A stretch of 61,007 nucleotides of DNA, taken from the NCBI GenBank assembly GCA_947625575.1, contig CANQOV010000003.1, positions 1 to 61,007 on the forward strand, given 5' to 3'. Of the stretch, positions 57,482-61,007 are shown piece after piece. Positions within the stretch are counted from its first letter, which is position 1. Each line of letters begins with the position of its first letter. This DNA is from an uncultured Bacilli bacterium. Lineage in GTDB: Bacteria; Bacillota_I; Bacilli_A; RF39; UBA660. The position numbers and the translations under genes are program-made. The notes beneath the pieces were generated by a model. That model was given only the letters and a program-made list of their open reading frames with translations. It was not told the DNA's origin and did no database searches.

Positions 57482-59437
57482 TTACAAATCACCATCATAA
57501 AAATATATTTTCATTGCATTTTCAGAATATTTTGGTTTTGATACATCTATATTCATAACTTTTCCAATATAATAGATAATAAATTGTGAAGCTATTAACA
57601 AATCAAATTCAGCCAATATTCCATCATAGTTACTTTCTATTATAGTATTATTGTTACCTAGATATTTTAATAATTCTTTTTCATACTTTGTTGTTGTTTT
57701 TTGCTTAAAATATATTGAACAAGTATTATTTAAATTTTCATAATTGATAAATCTTCCATGTGAGAAATTCTTTTTTTCATGAATTATACAATTAAATACA
57801 CCAGATTCTATAATTTTACTTTCTAAATCATAACAAGCAGTATCAGTATAGTCACCTCGAAATAAATTTAAAATTTTATGATTTTCTATCTTCTTTAGAA
57901 AATCATTATTAATTATATTTTCTAGTTTTTGCTTCCAATTATTAATTGAGTCTTTAATAAATTTTTCAATATCAACATTACTATTGGTTTTTTCAAGATA
58001 ATGTTTTAAAAATATTGCTGCAGGAGCAACTGCACCTTCAAATGATAAAAATCCTCTTTCTTTTCCTTTATTGGATGATGTTCTATAACTTAAGATATTC
58101 TTTTTTAAAATTCCTGTTTTTAATACAATATTTTGTAATTCACCTTTAGTGATAATATATAAATCTTTCTTATTAAAATTTTTAACACTTGTAATAATGT
58201 CATTTGTTGTACCAGAGTATGAAAATAATAATACTTTATTTATATTACTATTATTGCGATATAGAACATCTCTTGGGTACAACGAATATGTATTACATCC
58301 ATATATTAAATTTGTAATCTTTGCTGCAAAATATGCTCCTGCATATGAGCCACCAGTTCCAATAAACAAACAATTATTATTTTTATTAAAAACTATATTA
58401 TCTATTTTATTACTTGCGGTTGAATTAATGGCATTAATAAGCCTTGCTTCAAGATTATTCATATTTATATTACAACGTTTTATTTTTTTTCGTTCATTAT
58501 ATATAAAATCATCACAAGTACATTTCCCATCAATTTGTTTAACCTTAAACAATGAATTAATATGTCCTCTTGCTCCCATTTTAGAAACAACTTTTGTTGT
58601 GAGCTTGGTTGAATTTTCATACCATTTTTCAAACATATCTGAATTATAAACAAAGTCACTTTTTATCCAATCATTTATTATACTTGAAATAAATGCGTCA
58701 CCAGCACCAGTTGAATCAACAATATTGCCTTTACTTTTTAATTTGAAATTATATTCTATTCCTTTTCTTAAAAAAGTTGCTCCTTTCTCACCACGTGTGA
58801 TAGTCATAAAATTGGGCTTTAATGTATTATATAAATCTGTGTCGTTATTTAATTTTAATCTATTTATCAAATATTTTGATACACGTTCGTTAAAATTAAT
58901 AATTTCAAATTTATTGCTTAGTTTATCGATTATTTCTTTATTAGATAAACTTTCTAGTTCAAAATATTGACCTAAATCAATTATTTTTTTATTATCGGTT
59001 TCATCAATTAATATTTGATTTTTATTATTTAAATTATCAAATATTAAAATATCTTCATCAGTAATATTATTTTTAATTTCATCAATATTTATTAAACTGT
59101 TTTCATACCATTTTTTATTATTACAAAAAGGACATCTTTTTTTGGAAGTAAATGTCAATTTACCTTCATTATCAAAATATGATACATGAAAACATCTTGT
59201 TCTAACTTCATCTAAAATTACAATATTCTTGATATCGACATTTAATTTTTCGAGGCTTTTAATTGCTATTTTCCCTTGGATATCATTACCACATACTCCA
59301 AAAACTGCAGTATTAATGCCCATTTTAGCCGAATTGGCAATAATATTGTGTGAAGTCATCCCGCCATTAATTCCTAAAAGTTTTCCATTTTTATAATAAT
59401 AATCAATTACTAAATCACCAATACTAACTACTCTCAT
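57482..59437 (-). CDS. PfkB-family kinase fused to tandem SIS sugar-phosphate domains
   Basis: IGDLVID, GG, DSTGAGDAF (PfkB) with CPFC insert; CTC linker; IGTGGS, FSYSGTT, GFLSFEG, NFSHGRF (SIS). Confidence 0.85.
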   Translation of the reverse strand: MRVVSIGDLVIDYYYKNGKLLGINGGMTSHNIIANSAKMGINTAVFGVCGNDIQGKIAIKSLEKLNVDIKNIVILDEVRTRCFHVSYFDNEGKLTFTSKKRCPFCNNKKWYENSLINIDEIKNNITDEDILIFDNLNNKNQILIDETDNKKIIDLGQYFELESLSNKEIIDKLSNKFEIINFNERVSKYLINRLKLNNDTDLYNTLKPNFMTITRGEKGATFLRKGIEYNFKLKSKGNIVDSTGAGDAFISSIINDWIKSDFVYNSDMFEKWYENSTKLTTKVVSKMGARGHINSLFKVKQIDGKCTCDDFIYNERKKIKRCNINMNNLEARLINAINSTASNKIDNIVFNKNNNCLFIGTGGSYAGAYFAAKITNLIYGCNTYSLYPRDVLYRNNSNINKVLLFSYSGTTNDIITSVKNFNKKDLYIITKGELQNIVLKTGILKKNILSYRTSSNKGKERGFLSFEGAVAPAAIFLKHYLEKTNSNVDIEKFIKDSINNWKQKLENIINNDFLKKIENHKILNLFRGDYTDTACYDLESKIIESGVFNCIIHEKKNFSHGRFINYENLNNTCSIYFKQKTTTKYEKELLKYLGNNNTIIESNYDGILAEFDLLIASQFIIYYIGKVMNIDVSKPKYSENAMKIYFYDGDL

Positions 59438-59580
59438 TTTACTATACTCCTTCTATATTCTCCAACTTCACTATTCTCATTATAATCATGATTTTTTATT
59501 AAACACTCTATTATCTTTTTTCGATTCAAATCAAATACGCCTAGAGAATCAGTATAATCAATTTTTCTATAGTTAATCAC
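59434..59580 (-). CDS. Possible 48-aa ORF or gene remnant coupled to pfkB-SIS
   Basis: GTG 59580 open to a TGA overlapping the pfkB ATG (ATGA); a TATAAT lies just upstream. Confidence 0.3.
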   Translation of the reverse strand: MINYRKIDYTDSLGVFDLNRKKIIECLIKNHDYNENSEVGEYRRSIVK

Positions 59581-59684
59581 CTCTGTTATTAAATATTATA
59601 CCAAAAATATCTTTGATTTTTGTAGTAATTTTTATATATATTCCTAAATATGAAAGTAAAAATTACTCTAAAATTTTTGGCATG

Positions 59685-59713
59685 AAAAAAGTCCTGATAT
59701 ATCGGACGTTTTT
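59685..59713 (-). terminator. Terminator after the MazG-like gene
   Basis: GTCC-TGATATATC-GGAC with flanking A and T tracts. Confidence 0.6.
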
Positions 59714-59760
59714 ATAGATTACTTTGGTGTTATATAATAAAATTTAATAATTTTAATTTA

Positions 59761-60087
59761 TTATTTTCTCAACACCTTTTCTAAAAATATTTTATTTTCA
59801 AAAGTTCCCCTTTTTACTCCTTTTTCTTGTGCAATAGCAATAATTTCTTCTAATGTTGCATTTTCTAATTTAGCTAAATATTTTATTATTTCTAACATAT
59901 CTGCTAATTCTTCTATTCTATCTTTTCCGGTTGCACTTAAAACTTCTTGATATTCCTCATTTAATTTCTTTTCTAATTCAATTTTATATTCATCATCTGT
60001 TAGAACTCTAGTAATTGCTTTTTCTCCATTAGATTTAATTATTTCAGGTATTTTATCCCTTACTAATTTGTTATATATTTGTTCCAT
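59761..60087 (-). CDS. MazG-like all-alpha NTP pyrophosphohydrolase
   Basis: YNKLVRDKIPEII, KLNEEYQE, EELADMLE, KRG.F motifs. Confidence 0.9.
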   Translation of the reverse strand: MEQIYNKLVRDKIPEIIKSNGEKAITRVLTDDEYKIELEKKLNEEYQEVLSATGKDRIEELADMLEIIKYLAKLENATLEEIIAIAQEKGVKRGTFENKIFLEKVLRK

Positions 60088-60118
60088 AGTTACCTCTTTT
60101 CTCTATATTGACAAATAT

Positions 60119-60522
60119 TCATTTAGTTTCAATTAAATATTTATCAATATTTTCTAATTCCTTTATTCCATTATTATTTTTTATGGCATCTGTATGAACT
60201 AAATAATTTGTTTTAGCTAAAACTCTATTAGCATGCTATTCAATTTTTCTTGTTATGCTTCATTATTTTTTAATCTGTAAAATTCTTTAATCAGATATAA
60301 TTTAAAAGCAGGACTTAACCAACTAGCAAATTCAAATGCTATATCAGGATGAGCAAATGTTCCTTTATTACTCATCCAATGAATTATAACATTAGCTGGA
60401 TTTTCAGGATTAGAATATTTTGCTAAATCAGTTAATGATAAATAATCAGTATCGCCAATTCTTAAAATACCTATTTTATTGTCATTAACATTTATTTCTG
60501 TTTTAATTAACTCTTTATTCAT
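60119..60522 (-). pseudogene. KilA-N domain pseudogene
   Basis: DYLSLTDLAK...HWM joined directly to GTFAHPDIAFEFASWLSP (internal deletion). After the TAA, a shifted frame reads E*HANRVLAKTNYLVHTDAIK, the family's next motif. Confidence 0.75.
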
Positions 60523-60642
60523 ATTTTCCCCATTAATTACTAAAATCATTTTATCATAAATTATTGAATAATAAAACTCGAACTTATTAAATAATTTATA
60601 AAAAAATGTGCTTGTTAATGTGTTTAAGTTATATAAAAATTA

Positions 60643-60665
60643 ATAAAACCCTTATAAAATAAGGG
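60643..60665 (-). terminator. Terminator of the tRNA cluster
   Basis: On the minus strand: CCCTTAT-ttt-ATAAGGG then TTTTAT, 14 nt after the tRNA-Phe CCA. Confidence 0.7.
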
Positions 60666-60679
60666 CATTAATTACTAAA

Positions 60680-60755
60680 TGGTGGCTCCAGCGGGAATCG
60701 AACCAGCGACACACGGATTTTCAGTCCGTTGCTCTGCCAACTGAGCTATGAAGCC
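60680..60755 (-). tRNA. tRNA-Phe (GAA)
   Basis: Anticodon arm ACGGA-CTGAAAA-TCCGT; encoded CCA. Confidence 0.97.
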
Positions 60756-60758
60756 ATA

Positions 60759-60835
60759 TGGCGGTTCCGACGGGCTTTGAACCCGCGATCTTCTGCGTGA
60801 CAGGCAGACGTGATAGACCACTACACCACGGAACC
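60759..60835 (-). tRNA. tRNA-Asp (GUC)
   Basis: Anticodon arm TCTGC-CTGTCAC-GCAGA; encoded CCA. Confidence 0.97.
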
Positions 60836-60836
60836 A

Positions 60837-60913
<77 letters not shown>

Positions 60914-60924
60914 ATATATATAAA

Positions 60925-61007
60925 TGGCGGAGGAAAAGGGATTCGAACCCCTGCGCCGTCGCCGACCTCCCGGTTTTCAAGACCGGTCCCTTCAACCAGA
61001 CTTGGGT
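60925..61007 (-). tRNA. tRNA-Ser (UGA), 5' end outside the window
   Basis: Anticodon arm CCGGT-CTTGAAA-ACCGG; long variable arm; encoded CCA. Confidence 0.93.

Noticed and set aside
55500-60665. Intact prophage or ICE at tRNA-Phe
   Set aside because: No integrase, structural or conjugation genes, and no duplicated tRNA 3' end was found in the window.

Overview
AT-rich chromosomal window from a reduced-genome, spore-forming Bacilli lineage (the gene set resembles uncultured RF39/Erysipelotrichales-like Bacilli; this assignment is inference). It uses genetic code 11. Most of the window is a minus-strand housekeeping backbone: dnaG-rpoD-trmK, yqeGH, glyQS, rnj, rimP-nusA-rnpM-infB-rbfA, rlmN-stp-pknB-rsgA-rpe-ftsK-deoD-ymfFH, cca-dnaD-nth-trpS, HU, dinB-ftsY-ylxM. 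It also carries sporulation genes (spoIVA, two CotY/CotZ-like genes, VrrA/YqfQ, a kinase), pilC-pilD, and two tRNA clusters (Arg-Pro; Ser-fMet-Asp-Phe). Many lineage-specific single genes are wedged into this backbone. The most interesting elements are: (1) an accessory region downstream of tRNA-Phe with a KilA-N pseudogene, a MazG-like NTP pyrophosphatase and a PfkB-kinase/Cys-motif/double-SIS fusion, a candidate nucleotide or sugar-phosphate defence enzyme; (2) two tandem cytoplasmic proteins joining an unknown conserved N-terminal domain to variable 22-aa LRRs; (3) an unannotated ~170-nt rod-shaped RNA with 6S-like architecture; (4) a divergent SigE/SigK-like sigma factor with no pro-peptide under a sigma-A promoter; (5) an orphan gene inserted behind the rimP leader; and (6) short basic C-terminal tails shared by the orphan proteins, possibly a translocation signal. 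No CRISPR array, rRNA or integrase was seen. All family calls come from motif recognition by eye; no searches were run.
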